From positions 2,144,001 through 2,208,000 of the forward strand of contig OY969706.1 of the NCBI GenBank assembly GCA_963702095.1: a DNA stretch of 64,000 bases, read 5' to 3'. Shown here piece after piece: positions 9,923 to 20,281 of this stretch. A program made the translations under genes and the position numbers. The notes below the pieces were generated by a model. It saw only the letters and a program-made list of their open reading frames with translations, ran no database searches and was not told the DNA's origin. Positions within the stretch are counted from its first letter, which is position 1, and each line of letters starts with the position of its first letter. Source of the DNA: Candidatus Bathyarchaeota archaeon. GTDB taxonomy: Archaea > Thermoproteota > Bathyarchaeia > Bathyarchaeales > Bathycorpusculaceae.

Positions 9923-10816
9923 GGGCCACTGTTTCCTGGGGCGGGCGGCTACACCGATTATGATGAAGAATATGATGAAGGCAATTACTGCAAGGGCGAT
10001 TTCAGGGTGAAGCAGAAGCTGAAAGACTAACCCAAAAAACCGCACCACCGAATTGTTTTCTAGAGTTTGCGGCGGAGCGTTCTGCGGCGACACAGGTATC
10101 CCCTGATAGGTAATGTATGAGGGCAAGGTTACCGAGTGCGCAGTTAACCATCCGCTGACGGGGTAAAAACTCGTCGGGTTCTTCATCCAAGCAAATACAG
10201 TTGCGACCCCGTAAGCATCAAGCGAAGAAACCTCTTCTCCAGCGCCGCCGCCAACACTATAGAACAAATACATTAAGTCCCCGGTATAGTTGCAGTGTCC
10301 AAGCCCAAGCCCATGTCCCAGTTCGTGAAGAGCAATGTTCTGCATATCCACGTCATTTAGGCTCATCTGGTGGTTTGCATGGGCGGCAAGGCTGATGGTG
10401 CAATTAGTTATAGTGGTGTCTCGGCTAACGAAGGTTCGGGTTAAGCCGATTTCGTCTGAAGTGTTGCTCAGCGAAGCTTCAGTCCAGTTGATGTAGATGT
10501 CATAGCCGGATAAAGTCTCATTTGAAATATTAGACTGAATAATTAAGCCTGAGAGATACGAGTAATCCGTATTGTTTTGGGCAAACTGTGTAATGGCTTC
10601 GTTCCATTGCCCGATTGCTCTGAGCGTGGCATTAATGTAGAGGGGATTCCACCATGACTCGTTGTCAGCGGGGATAACAAGAGCGTTTAAGGAAGAGTGT
10701 GTCCAAGCAAACCCCTGCACCTCGAGAGCATACGCTTCTTCGCCTGCTACGTCACTGAGAAAGAAAGCGCCGAGCAAAAGCATGGAGAGCAAGGAAAAAA
10801 TTAAAAAATGCCGCAT
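9872..10816 (-). CDS. membrane-anchored matrixin-like zinc metalloprotease
   Basis: Signal peptide, HELGHGLGLGH zincin motif, Met-turn DLMY, C-terminal TM helix. Confidence 0.85.
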   Translation of the reverse strand: MRHFLIFSLLSMLLLGAFFLSDVAGEEAYALEVQGFAWTHSSLNALVIPADNESWWNPLYINATLRAIGQWNEAITQFAQNNTDYSYLSGLIIQSNISNETLSGYDIYINWTEASLSNTSDEIGLTRTFVSRDTTITNCTISLAAHANHQMSLNDVDMQNIALHELGHGLGLGHCNYTGDLMYLFYSVGGGAGEEVSSLDAYGVATVFAWMKNPTSFYPVSGWLTAHSVTLPSYITYQGIPVSPQNAPPQTLENNSVVRFFGLVFQLLLHPEIALAVIAFIIFFIIIGVAARPRKQWPLRLTHKLQKIFDAPRL

Positions 10817-11044
10817 GAATTAATCAATATAGAAAAGTGATGAAGCACTTTTAAGTTTTCTTACAAGCAAAACTCTAAAAATAAAAGCGTGATTGTGCCC
10901 AATAGATAAAGCGGTAGCAGCCTAAACCTATACTTGAGGTTAAGCGAATCAAGTTATTTGAGATATCTATTTATGCATCCTGTACCAGAAAATGGTTTTA
11001 AAAGTCTCTAAGTTCATACGAGGTTAAGAGTGAAAACAAAAGTT

Positions 11045-11058
11045 AAAAAGTTTAAAAA
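11045..11058 (+). promoter_or_regulatory. putative archaeal BRE/TATA promoter
   Basis: AAAAAG-TTTAAAAA with the TATA element 26 nt upstream of the ATG at 11077. Confidence 0.35.
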
Positions 11059-11076
11059 GGCATAGTGAACATTGTA

Positions 11077-11220
11077 ATGAAAATACGATTTGTCAGTCCA
11101 GAGAAACCTCAAGTTCTAAGCCTAGAGGCTTTAATTTTTGCTACACTGGACAGCGTAAATCATGTTAGTCAAACGGTGCAGTTGAAAACCGGCGGCACAG
11201 GGCTGGCTGAAAAAACATGA
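11077..11220 (+). CDS. small hypothetical protein (47 aa; not in ORF track)
   Basis: MKIRFVSPEKPQVLSLEALIFATLDSVNHV..; its stop overlaps the GT2 start (ATGA). Confidence 0.4.
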   Translation: MKIRFVSPEKPQVLSLEALIFATLDSVNHVSQTVQLKTGGTGLAEKT

Positions 11221-12479
11221 TAGTAACTGACATTATCTCAATTGTGCTCTTGGCAGTTTTGCTTTTTTGGTCAGTGTATAACGGCTCAATCATCTACATC
11301 GGAATAAGGAATAAACGCAGAGTCCAAGCTGCTGCCCTTGTCTCCGCCGAATCCAAAAACGCCTCAGGGGAAACACCGAAGTTTTCATTAATCGTGCCTA
11401 CAAAAAACGAGGAAACCGTAATCCGACGGTGCCTAGACGGCATACTCAACTTAGACTACCCCAAAGACAAAATACAAGTAGTCGTAGTCGACGGAAAGTC
11501 TGCTGACAGAACCTGCGAGATATGCAGCGAATACGAGGAAAAGTATCCGGGCATGTTTAAAGTGATCTCAGAGCAAACCACACATGGCAAACCAGCAGCT
11601 CTCAATCTTGCCTTATCATACGTCAACGGCGACGTAGTGGGCGTTTTTGACGCTGACAGCCTACCCGAAAAAGATGTCCTCGCAAAAGTCAGCAAATACC
11701 TAGACGACAAAAAAATCATCGCTATACAAGGCATGACCACATCCATAAACGAGAAAAGCAACGCCCTCACCCGAGTTATCTCCATGGAAGAAAAAGCGTG
11801 GTTCCAAATGTTAATGAGTGGACGCGAAAGGCTACAGTTGTTTGTGCCCCTCACAGGAAGCTGCCAATTTGTCAGACGCAACGTACTAGAAGAATTGGGC
11901 GGCTGGGACGAAAACTCATTAACCGAAGACGTAGAGTTAGCGTTGCGTCTTGTTGAGAAAAATCACATTATCAAGTATGCACCGGATGTTTGTTCTGGAC
12001 AGGAAACCCCGAGTGTTCTGAAAAGTCTTGTTAAGCAGAGGGTACGCTGGTACCGGGGATACATGGAAACCGCTTTGAAGTATGGGCGGCTCCTTGACAG
12101 GATTAACAAGCGGACGGTGGACGCTGAAGTCTCTTTGGCAGGACCTTACATGATGGTGGTTTCACTGTTAAGCTACATTAACTGGTTTATAGTAGCTGTG
12201 TTTCTCTCCCAGAGTACACCGATCCTTAACTTTACGGGTTTAGTAATCGCTTTAACCGCGGTGTCGTTGGTCTCCATCGGAGTGGGCTTAATCGCCGCCG
12301 AGAAACCGATCAGGCTTCGAAACATTTTGTGGATACCCTCAATCTATGTTTATTGGTTACTGCAGATGTTCATTGCAGGCTGGGCATTCCTCAAACTGGT
12401 TTTCAGAAGCAAAAGAGACTGGACTAAAACCAGCAAAGACGGCTCCGTGGCTCCGATGACAAAAAACAGTCCTCTATGA
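11217..12479 (+). CDS. processive-type GT2 glycosyltransferase (cellulose synthase-like)
   Basis: DAD, TED and QRVRW motifs; N- and C-terminal TM helices. Confidence 0.9.
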   Translation: MIVTDIISIVLLAVLLFWSVYNGSIIYIGIRNKRRVQAAALVSAESKNASGETPKFSLIVPTKNEETVIRRCLDGILNLDYPKDKIQVVVVDGKSADRTCEICSEYEEKYPGMFKVISEQTTHGKPAALNLALSYVNGDVVGVFDADSLPEKDVLAKVSKYLDDKKIIAIQGMTTSINEKSNALTRVISMEEKAWFQMLMSGRERLQLFVPLTGSCQFVRRNVLEELGGWDENSLTEDVELALRLVEKNHIIKYAPDVCSGQETPSVLKSLVKQRVRWYRGYMETALKYGRLLDRINKRTVDAEVSLAGPYMMVVSLLSYINWFIVAVFLSQSTPILNFTGLVIALTAVSLVSIGVGLIAAEKPIRLRNILWIPSIYVYWLLQMFIAGWAFLKLVFRSKRDWTKTSKDGSVAPMTKNSPL

Positions 12480-12661
12480 TAACTTTCAAACTTTGCGTAG
12501 AGGTTTTGGCGGTGAAACAAGTTATCGCCCTGACAAGGGCAAGGGTTTTTAGGATGTCAATCGAACAGATTCAACGGGAAAACCAAATCATGAGTTGGGC
12601 AAACAGTAAGCATACGCCTAGTTTCAAAAGACCCACTTTAAAGCATAACTGGGAGATTTAG
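12476..12661 (+). CDS. small hypothetical protein
   Basis: ATGA overlap with the GT2 stop; fills the gap to the GT4 gene. Confidence 0.4.
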   Translation: MITFKLCVEVLAVKQVIALTRARVFRMSIEQIQRENQIMSWANSKHTPSFKRPTLKHNWEI

Positions 12662-12666
12662 AGCGC

Positions 12667-13809
12667 TTGAGGGTTTGCTTTGTATCCTCCTACCCTCCTA
12701 ACTGGGCTAGACTAAGCGAGTACGCGGAGAATCTTGTCGAGGAACTAGCCAAGCGTCCCAATATAGAGACGATATATGTTTTAGCGGATAAAACAGACAG
12801 CAACGAGAGCCTCAAGAATAATCCTAAAATTCAGGTAATTCGGGCGTGGAACCCAGATGACCCCTTTTCGATTGCCAAAATTCTCTTTTCAGCATTAAAG
12901 TTGCACCCTGATGTTCTCCATTTTAACATGCACTTTCAGAGTTTTGGCAGAAACAGAGTCGTGAACTTCAGCGGGTTCTCACTTGTTCTGCTCTCGCGGA
13001 TGTTTGGCTTGAAAACAGTGGTTCTTCTCCATAATTTGGGGGAAAAAGTTGATTTAAGAAAAATGAACCTCAACCCCAGCCTTTTAAATAAAGTCGGCAT
13101 CCTATTAGCAACAAAAATATTACTCACCGCTCAAAACGTTGTTGTACCAGTCCAATCATACGCTCAATACATCAAAACCCATCATAAATACAAAAACGTC
13201 AAATACATACCGCATGGAACCAATACATGCAACAGCCCAAAAAAAGATTGTGAGGACAAAAAGATTCTATTGTTTGGCCACATGGGACCATCAAAAGGAA
13301 TTCCAGTGATGTTTGAGGCCTTCAAAAAAATCGCAAAAGAACAAAAAAACGTGACCCTTATCGTAGCTGGAAACAGTCACCCAAATTATTCTCACTTCAT
13401 AGACAGCCTCAAAAAAATTGCGCCGCCGAACACCAAGTTCCTAGGCTATATCCCCGAAGAAAACCTCTCAAGCGTATTCAACGATGCAGACGTCGTTGTG
13501 TTACCTTACCTGATTGCTACGGGAACAAGCGGGGTATTTCACATGTCGTGCGGTTATGGTCGACCAGTGGTAGCCTCAGATTTGCCTGAGATTAGGGAGT
13601 TAGTCAACGATGGAGCCGCGGCGATTCTGGTGCCCCCCGGCGACGCTGAAGCATTGAAGAATGCGGTGCTGCAGGTGCTCTTCGACAAAGACGTCGCAGA
13701 AAAAATTAGCAAACAAAACCTATGTTTTGCCCAAAAAGAAAGCTGGAGCTCAGTCGCCAGGGCTTACGAAGATGTCTATTTTGAGTTGCAGCACACTAAA
13801 CATCCATAA
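12667..13809 (+). CDS. GT4 glycosyltransferase
   Basis: GT-B features: KG, VVLPY..SGV, PVVASDL..RE. Confidence 0.88.
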   Translation: MRVCFVSSYPPNWARLSEYAENLVEELAKRPNIETIYVLADKTDSNESLKNNPKIQVIRAWNPDDPFSIAKILFSALKLHPDVLHFNMHFQSFGRNRVVNFSGFSLVLLSRMFGLKTVVLLHNLGEKVDLRKMNLNPSLLNKVGILLATKILLTAQNVVVPVQSYAQYIKTHHKYKNVKYIPHGTNTCNSPKKDCEDKKILLFGHMGPSKGIPVMFEAFKKIAKEQKNVTLIVAGNSHPNYSHFIDSLKKIAPPNTKFLGYIPEENLSSVFNDADVVVLPYLIATGTSGVFHMSCGYGRPVVASDLPEIRELVNDGAAAILVPPGDAEALKNAVLQVLFDKDVAEKISKQNLCFAQKESWSSVARAYEDVYFELQHTKHP

Positions 13810-13867
13810 AGCGTAACGTTGCCAGTAGGTAATCTTTAATTGCGTAGCCACGATTTTCCTTTTTACC

Positions 13868-15358
13868 TTGAATTCAAAAAAGCTACTGTTTCCTCTGCTT
13901 GCCTTTGTAATCCCCATGTTAGTCAGGTTTGTTCCTGAAATCATAATGGGTCCATACGTTGTAGGGTTCGACACGTTGGCGCATTATGTGCCGACAACGC
14001 TGCTGTGGCAGCAAGGCCAGGTGAACCTGTGGAGTTTCATCGGCACAGCACCTCTGCTCTACACGATAACAGTAGGGTTGACGGCTATAACTGGTTCAGT
14101 CATGGTTGTACTCAAAGTGCTCCCGTCTGTACTGCTGGGGTTCTTGGGGCTGTCAATTTATGTTTTTGCAAGGCGAGGCTTATCCTGGTCCACTAAGAAA
14201 AGCTTGGTGCCAGCCCTAGTTGGAACCCTCTATTTTGTGGCGCTACGGATTTCATGGGATGCACTGCGAGAAGAAATCGCTTTGATCTTCTTCTTTGTTG
14301 TCCTAACAGCAATCGCCGCCATGTCAACCAAGAAGTTTTCGTGGAAAAACTACCTTTTATTCGCGTTGGCGCTGGCTGCAGTAGTATTAGCTAATCAGGT
14401 AGTCGCTGTGTTGGTGTTGGGGGTTGTGTTATTCACCGTCATCTACAAGCTGTTCCACGAAGGACGCCTAAACGCTGCGCGGTTGGTGGCTTTCTCATTG
14501 CCGGCGGTAGCGTTGTTTTTAGCAGTTTTCTATTTGAGTCCCTCTATCCCCGAGTACCGTTTAATCTTCGGTTTCCCCAGCACCCCAGACGGTTGGCTGG
14601 CGCTGTTTGGCTACTCATCCTACTTAGACATGCTGGGCAGCACAGCAGTGTTTATCCTGTTTTGCTTCTTACCCCTTCTGCCTTTGGCGCTTTTGAGCGT
14701 GCGAAGCTTCAAGAACTTCCAGATGCGTATCTGGATTCTTTTGATTTTGCTGGCTGCTTTGGTGCCTATGGTTAGCCCAAGCAACCTGCGTTTGGTTATG
14801 CTGCTGAGTTATCCGCTGGTGTTTTTCGCCATTGAAGGGGCAAGCACGTTGCAATCAGTCCGTTGGAAGCGTTTTAAAAAACCGCTTTTGGGAGTGGGAA
14901 TGGCGTATCTTGTCGCTGTCACTGCGGTGTTCAGTTTAGGGTTTATGGTGTTGCCTTCGTCGTCGCCTTTTCCCTACTTTGTAGCGGGAGAATTCAACAG
15001 TCACATCTACCAGATACCCTCGTCTATGCTGCAAAACACCGTTTCCATAGAGGATTGCCCAGACGCGGCTAACGTGGTTCAATGGGTCAAAAACCACATG
15101 GACGCAGACTCGGTGCTGTTGACGCATAGGGCTTTCTACGGATGGGCGCTTCCAGAAATAAATTCCAGCCAAATAGTCTTGTACGAATACGATAATCCCG
15201 CCGACGCCGCAGGCAGCCTAACAGGCAATTACAGCCATGTCTACTTGGTTTGGTGGATAGACGGGGAAGGCTGGTACGGTTTACCATCGGTGCCCTCGGT
15301 GTTTCAACAGGTCTATCAGAGCGGTAACATGGCAGTTTACACGTATGCACCCAGCTAG
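13868..15358 (+). CDS. polytopic membrane protein (GT-C-like)
   Basis: About 11-12 TM helices, GFDT in the first loop, C-terminal extracellular domain; glycosylation context. Confidence 0.65.
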   Translation: MNSKKLLFPLLAFVIPMLVRFVPEIIMGPYVVGFDTLAHYVPTTLLWQQGQVNLWSFIGTAPLLYTITVGLTAITGSVMVVLKVLPSVLLGFLGLSIYVFARRGLSWSTKKSLVPALVGTLYFVALRISWDALREEIALIFFFVVLTAIAAMSTKKFSWKNYLLFALALAAVVLANQVVAVLVLGVVLFTVIYKLFHEGRLNAARLVAFSLPAVALFLAVFYLSPSIPEYRLIFGFPSTPDGWLALFGYSSYLDMLGSTAVFILFCFLPLLPLALLSVRSFKNFQMRIWILLILLAALVPMVSPSNLRLVMLLSYPLVFFAIEGASTLQSVRWKRFKKPLLGVGMAYLVAVTAVFSLGFMVLPSSSPFPYFVAGEFNSHIYQIPSSMLQNTVSIEDCPDAANVVQWVKNHMDADSVLLTHRAFYGWALPEINSSQIVLYEYDNPADAAGSLTGNYSHVYLVWWIDGEGWYGLPSVPSVFQQVYQSGNMAVYTYAPS

Positions 15359-15548
15359 ACGGTGGTTTCTAAAGAGGACTCAACATGCCTCCACGGCATT
15401 GTAGAACAAAAACACAGTCGCCTGCCAAGTCCACAGGAAGAAGAAGCGTATAGGGGTCTGCGCCTCCTTCTAATAATAGGAAAATACAAAAAGCCAAAGT
15501 TGATCCACTGTTAACAAGGAGAGGGGAGGTCTATTAGAGTATAACAAA

Positions 15549-15863
15549 TTAGGGTTGAGTTTTGGATTCTTGAGGCTCCGCCGTCTTACGCTTCCTAAAC
15601 AGGATAAACACGTGTCCGCGGACTTCAACCAACGCTGCCTCAGTTTCCTTTGCCGCTTTATCCGCAATGGTCTCAGCAGTGTTTAGTTCCTTTAGTGCAG
15701 CGGGCAATATTCTGACTTTTACCATCTTGTTCTGTTGAAGCTGCTTCTCCATTTCAGCGATTGACTGCGCTGTTAAGCCGTCTTTGCCTACCCAGATTGT
15801 GGGGGTTTCATCCTTCAAGACATGCCTAACGTGACGCTTCATCCTTGTCGTTATCTTACTCAA
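15549..15863 (-). CDS. YhbY/CRM-domain RNA-binding protein
   Basis: PTIWVGKDGLT, MVKVRIL and EVRGHVFILFR motifs; adjacent to Rpp21. Confidence 0.88.
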   Translation of the reverse strand: MSKITTRMKRHVRHVLKDETPTIWVGKDGLTAQSIAEMEKQLQQNKMVKVRILPAALKELNTAETIADKAAKETEAALVEVRGHVFILFRKRKTAEPQESKTQP

Positions 15864-16185
15864 CTTCGGTGTGCACCTTTTTCTTTAACATATAACGGGT
15901 TTGGTTCCCGCAGTTTAAACATGTTACTACCACGTGGGGCTCCCTTTTCTGTTTTACCCTAACACGGCAGTTGACGCCATGTACAAACATGGCATTGCAT
16001 TCTTTGCAGGTGCGGCGGCGAAACTCAAGGGGCAAACGGATTTTAGCTGCCATCGCAATTCGACGGGCAGAACCAACGTATTGAGCCGCCAACTTGGGGT
16101 CTGCCCTCGCTACTTTCTGGGCTTGCCCAAACAGTATTTCGATGCGTTGCCGCGCAATCTGCTTGATGCTGCTTTGCTTCATCAT
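15856..16185 (-). CDS. rnp4: ribonuclease P protein component 4 (Rpp21)
   Basis: IARQRIEIL, CKEC...CLNCG zinc ribbon, RVRV. Confidence 0.93.
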   Translation of the reverse strand: MMKQSSIKQIARQRIEILFGQAQKVARADPKLAAQYVGSARRIAMAAKIRLPLEFRRRTCKECNAMFVHGVNCRVRVKQKREPHVVVTCLNCGNQTRYMLKKKVHTEVE

Positions 16186-16890
16186 ATGTTTAAACGATGC
16201 AGAATGTGCGGTTCGCTTACATAATGCTTGCGCCTAAACATAGAAAGTTCTGTCTTCTGTGCCTTAATTTCTTGTTTTGGTTTAGTTGTTGTTGCAGAAA
16301 ACCCCCTACACACAACAACCAGCACTTTGTGGGGGCAACTGCGTTTCTGTGTTGGACTGAGAGTTGGGTTGCATGCTGGTTGTTGAGGAAACCGCAACCA
16401 GAAGATTTCCAAGCGGTATGGCTTTGCTGCTTTGCCGCATTCCGCCCCTCCCCACAAAAAGGCGGCTTTTCAATATACTTTTGAACTGGTTACCCGCCAA
16501 CAGCACCTACCCTCTCCAAGAGTCCACCACCCTCCAAAATGCGCCAAACGCACCCACCCGCCGACAACACAGACCCCTCTACAGGTTCTGCAACGATCTT
16601 CTATTTGTATCCAAATATGACGGCGAAAAACGCACCCAAGAAACCGCTTTACAGGGCAGCCGTTGCGTTTCCCGTGAAACCGTCATCTGGCTGAAAGGAA
16701 AAAAATCTTGGAAAGAAGCCATACTCCAAAGAAGCTAATACGGTCCAAGTTACGAGCTATTGTTTCATTTAGTGACTTGTGGGTTATAGCCAACTTGTTT
16801 CAGAAGGAACTTATTGGTATCCCTATTAACAATTTTCAGTAAACTTCCTTTTTCCCATTGTTTCTGTTTCCTCAGGGCTGAGTTATGTAC

Positions 16891-17329
16891 TTATTTCTGA
16901 TTTAGTGGGTCTTTGATTGTTAGGTTGGTGTTTTTCCAGGTTATTTTTTGGTATTTTAGGAGTTCTTTGTCGTGGGTGTACATGATGGGTGTTTGGTTGG
17001 CTAAAAAATTGGCTACTATGAGTGAGTCTCTTCCGCCCAAGCTGTACTGAACCGATATGTTGAGGGCTATTACGCTGTTTTTTCGAGTTTGATTGTAGTA
17101 TTGTGTGTTGTCTTCGTTTAGCAGTGTTTTTAGGGCGTCAGCGGCATCTTCAGGTAGCCATTTTTGCGAGCGGACTAGTGTATGGTATGCTTCATGGATT
17201 GTTGTGGCGTTGAACGCAATTTTATTTTCAAGGGTTCAGTTCAGAGAGCAAATGTTTTAGGGTTTCGTGTTCGGGGTATGCGTCGTCTAGGGCATAACAA
17301 ATGATGTTGGCGTCTAAGCCCACGATCAT
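16891..17329 (-). pseudogene. vapC: VapC/PIN-domain toxin with a 1-nt insertion at ~17230 (real pseudogene or sequencing error; not in ORF track)
   Basis: MIVGLDANII..; after frame correction IHEAYH, GGRDSLIVA, YTHDKEL; start overlaps the antitoxin stop (ATGA); span is 439 nt (3n+1). Confidence 0.8.
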
Positions 17330-17580
17330 TCAGTCTTGCTCCAGATTGACTTCATCTTTTCAGGCGACCAATTCTCAGGTGTCCCCGTGCGGCGATGTTT
17401 TGAGTTGATGATTCTGCGTAGTTTTTTGTTGGTGTCTTCTTTTTTGCCTGGTAAGAGGAGAAAACCTTCGGGGGTTCGCTTTAGGGTCGCGGTGTCGCCG
17501 ATTTCTTCTCGGATTTCTGCTGGGATACAGATGCGCCCTTTGGAATCCACTTTAACGGTGACTTCTTCCCCGAACTCCAT
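17326..17580 (-). CDS. AbrB/MazE-family antitoxin
   Basis: VKVDSKGRICIPAEIRE swapped-hairpin motif; upstream of the PIN gene. Confidence 0.85.
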   Translation of the reverse strand: MEFGEEVTVKVDSKGRICIPAEIREEIGDTATLKRTPEGFLLLPGKKEDTNKKLRRIINSKHRRTGTPENWSPEKMKSIWSKTE

Positions 17581-17790
17581 GTTCCCACGCTAACAAGTGG
17601 GCGAAAGAAGAATTTAAAACATCCCAAAAAATCTCTAACCGAAATGGAGTTTGGAGGGAGCAAAGAGGGAGGGGTTTTGCCGTGTTGGGTCTAAACCCCA
17701 TAGCAGTCACTGGCTGTCTAAGACATTGTGCGCATTATGTTCGGTTAGCCGTTGAGGGTATTGAGGGCTTGGTTAGGTAAGCTGCCGCAT

Positions 17791-18702
17791 TTAAGACGGT
17801 CCCGTATAGCTGGTTTTTTGGGTAAGCTCCAGTTTTAGCTGTTCAAGCGCCCTATCCATCGAGAGAGGTTTACAGTTCAGCGCCCGCTGCGCTTTGGAGG
17901 TGTCAAGCGAGGAGTCCTCTGGGCGTTTTGCGGGCCAAGAAAACTGTGAAGACACTGCCTTATCGATTAAGCTCTTGTCAAGACCGAAGACATCGGCGAT
18001 TTTCTCTGCAAACTCAAAGCGGCTAACCCTCGTAGCCCCACACAGATGGTAAACCCCTGTTAAGCGGCGCTCAACAACTTCCAAAGTCATCTCCGCCAAG
18101 CTCGTATTGAGCGTTGGCGTGTTCCATTGGTCAGTAACGATTTTCACGCGGTCACCCTTGCGGAGGGTTTCTATTAGCCATAGTGCAAAGTTGACTTTTC
18201 CAGCGGCAGGCGTTGAACCGTAAATCACGCTGGGGCGGGCGATTAAGAAGTCGGTTTCTGGGAGGGTTTGCACGATTTCTTCTGCGAGAAGCTTGGTTAA
18301 CCCGTAGTAGTTGGTGGGTTCAGGTGAGTCTGATTCGACGTAGCATCCTTTTTCGCCGCTAAACACGTAGTCGGTGGATATGTAGATTAAGAATGAACCG
18401 GTTTTTTGGCTGGCGTGGGCGATGTATTTTGTGCCGTCCACGTTGACTCTCCAAGCCAACGCCTTATCCAACTCGCATTTATCCACGTCCGTTAGGGTGG
18501 CTGCGTGGACGACGACGTCTGGTTTGATGGTTCTGAAGGCTTCCTCGACCCGGGCTCTGTCGGAGATGTCGAGTTTAACAAAGTTGCCGTAGACAGAGAG
18601 GCTTTGGATGTCTGATGAGTAAACCTCGATGCCTCTACTAAGGGCCAGCTGCGCCAGTTTCGAACCGTACAGTCCGCTGGCGCCAGTGATTAGGAGCTTC
18701 AA
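17791..18702 (-). CDS. rmlD: dTDP-4-dehydrorhamnose reductase
   Basis: GASGLYG, ISTDYVF, YGLTK and RP..SSLD motifs; probable TTG start at 18702. Confidence 0.92.
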   Translation of the reverse strand: MKLLITGASGLYGSKLAQLALSRGIEVYSSDIQSLSVYGNFVKLDISDRARVEEAFRTIKPDVVVHAATLTDVDKCELDKALAWRVNVDGTKYIAHASQKTGSFLIYISTDYVFSGEKGCYVESDSPEPTNYYGLTKLLAEEIVQTLPETDFLIARPSVIYGSTPAAGKVNFALWLIETLRKGDRVKIVTDQWNTPTLNTSLAEMTLEVVERRLTGVYHLCGATRVSRFEFAEKIADVFGLDKSLIDKAVSSQFSWPAKRPEDSSLDTSKAQRALNCKPLSMDRALEQLKLELTQKTSYTGPS

Positions 18703-19706
18703 TGGAAACCGCCCAGCTTCCAAGGCGTCGGGTGCAATATTACTTCAGTGGCAAACGGCAGCCACCAATGCTCGTTTTTAAGGTACCACTGCACCGTCGA
18801 CTCCAAAGCATCTTCGAAACTTGCCTTCGGCTTCCAGCCTAACTCATGGCGGGTTTTGCTGGAGTCCAAACTGTAGCGGATGTCGTGTCCGGGTCTGTCT
18901 TCAACGAAGGTTATTAGATTTTCAGGTTTGTTGAGTTGAGCGATGATTTTTTTGGCGATGTCTATGTTAGCGACTTCGTTACCTGCGGAGACATTGTAGA
19001 TTTCGCCTGGTTCCCCCTTTTCCAGTACAATGTTTACGGCTTCACAGTGATCAGTAACATAGATCCAGTCTCGGATGTTGGCGCCTTTGCCGTAGATGGG
19101 AATCGGCAGGTCGCGGAGGGCGCGGATGACGGTTTTAGGAATCAACTTCTCAGGAAGCTGATACGGGCCGAAGTTGTTGGTGCAACGGGTGATGGAGACG
19201 TTTAAGCCGAAGGTTTTGTGGTAAGCAAGAACAAACATGTCTGCGGCGGCTTTGGAGGCGGAGTAAGGGTTAGAGGGTTTTGGCGGCGTGTTTTCAGTGA
19301 ATGACCCTTCAAGTGCTTCACCGTAGACTTCGTCGGTGGAAACTTGAACAAACCGCGCCTTATGGTTATGCCTTCGTATAGCCTCCAAAATGGTGAATGT
19401 GCCCAACGTGTTGTTTTGCAAAAACACGTTTGGGTCTGCGATGCTTCGGTCAACATGCGTCTCCGCGGCGACGTTAACTATTGCATCCACCTGGTGAACT
19501 AAGCGGTTTATCAGTTGAGGGTTGCAGATGTCGCCTTTGATGAATGTATAGCGTTTATCGTTCTCTATATCGTGCAGGTTCGCGGGGTTGGCGCCTATCC
19601 CCACTTTGTCCACGTTTATCAATTCAATGTCAGAGTGCATTGCAAGCATATGCCTGCAAAAGTTGCTTCCAATAAAACCTAAACCACCTGTAACTAACAC
19701 TTTCAT
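18699..19706 (-). CDS. rmlB: dTDP-glucose 4,6-dehydratase
   Basis: GGLGFIG, AAETHVDRS, STDEVYG, YSASK and DRPGHD motifs. Confidence 0.95.
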   Translation of the reverse strand: MKVLVTGGLGFIGSNFCRHMLAMHSDIELINVDKVGIGANPANLHDIENDKRYTFIKGDICNPQLINRLVHQVDAIVNVAAETHVDRSIADPNVFLQNNTLGTFTILEAIRRHNHKARFVQVSTDEVYGEALEGSFTENTPPKPSNPYSASKAAADMFVLAYHKTFGLNVSITRCTNNFGPYQLPEKLIPKTVIRALRDLPIPIYGKGANIRDWIYVTDHCEAVNIVLEKGEPGEIYNVSAGNEVANIDIAKKIIAQLNKPENLITFVEDRPGHDIRYSLDSSKTRHELGWKPKASFEDALESTVQWYLKNEHWWLPFATEVILHPTPWKLGGFH

Positions 19707-19712
19707 AGTTCA

Positions 19713-20237
19713 TCACTTATGCGGCGGGTAATTCCAATCCCAGCTTTTACCAACACGAACATCATTCGTTTTGCCGTTTATGCTTTTGGGGATGAGTGTT
19801 GGATCATTCCATTCTCGGCGGTCTTCGTCAGGGTCGGCGGAGTCATAGAGATTAGTGGTGAAGTAAAGCAGCAACGCAGCTTCATCACCTAATGCTTTAA
19901 ACCCATGCCAATAGTGGCCTGGCACACGAACAAACTGCAGATTAGAGCCGCTGGAGACAACTTCGTCTAATTCACCGGTTTTATCGTCGAAGACACAGAT
20001 TTTAACTGAACCTTTCAGCAGCAAAAAATAGTCCACCTGACCCTTTAGGTGGCGGTGCCATGCACGGATAACACCTGGATAAGTAGAAGAGTGATTAGCC
20101 TGCACTATATCGTCTCCTGCGAAAAGGTCTTGCCAGTCTTTGCGCATGACTTCGCAGAAGAAGCCTCTTTCGTCTACAAAACGTTTTATCGGTCTAACTC
20201 TTACGCCTTCCAACATCAAGTTATCCTTGCCTATCAA
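19713..20237 (-). CDS. rmlC: dTDP-4-dehydrorhamnose 3,5-epimerase family
   Basis: DERGFF, IRAWHRH and WHGF cupin motifs. Confidence 0.88.
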   Translation of the reverse strand: MIGKDNLMLEGVRVRPIKRFVDERGFFCEVMRKDWQDLFAGDDIVQANHSSTYPGVIRAWHRHLKGQVDYFLLLKGSVKICVFDDKTGELDEVVSSGSNLQFVRVPGHYWHGFKALGDEAALLLYFTTNLYDSADPDEDRREWNDPTLIPKSINGKTNDVRVGKSWDWNYPPHK

Positions 20238-20281
20238 ACATATCGATTAAAAATATTTATAATGTTTCCCTATTTTGGTTG

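Noticed and set aside
16182-16738. Overlapping short ORFs upstream of Rpp21
   Set aside because: No recognisable motifs and biased composition; a real or remnant gene cannot be supported
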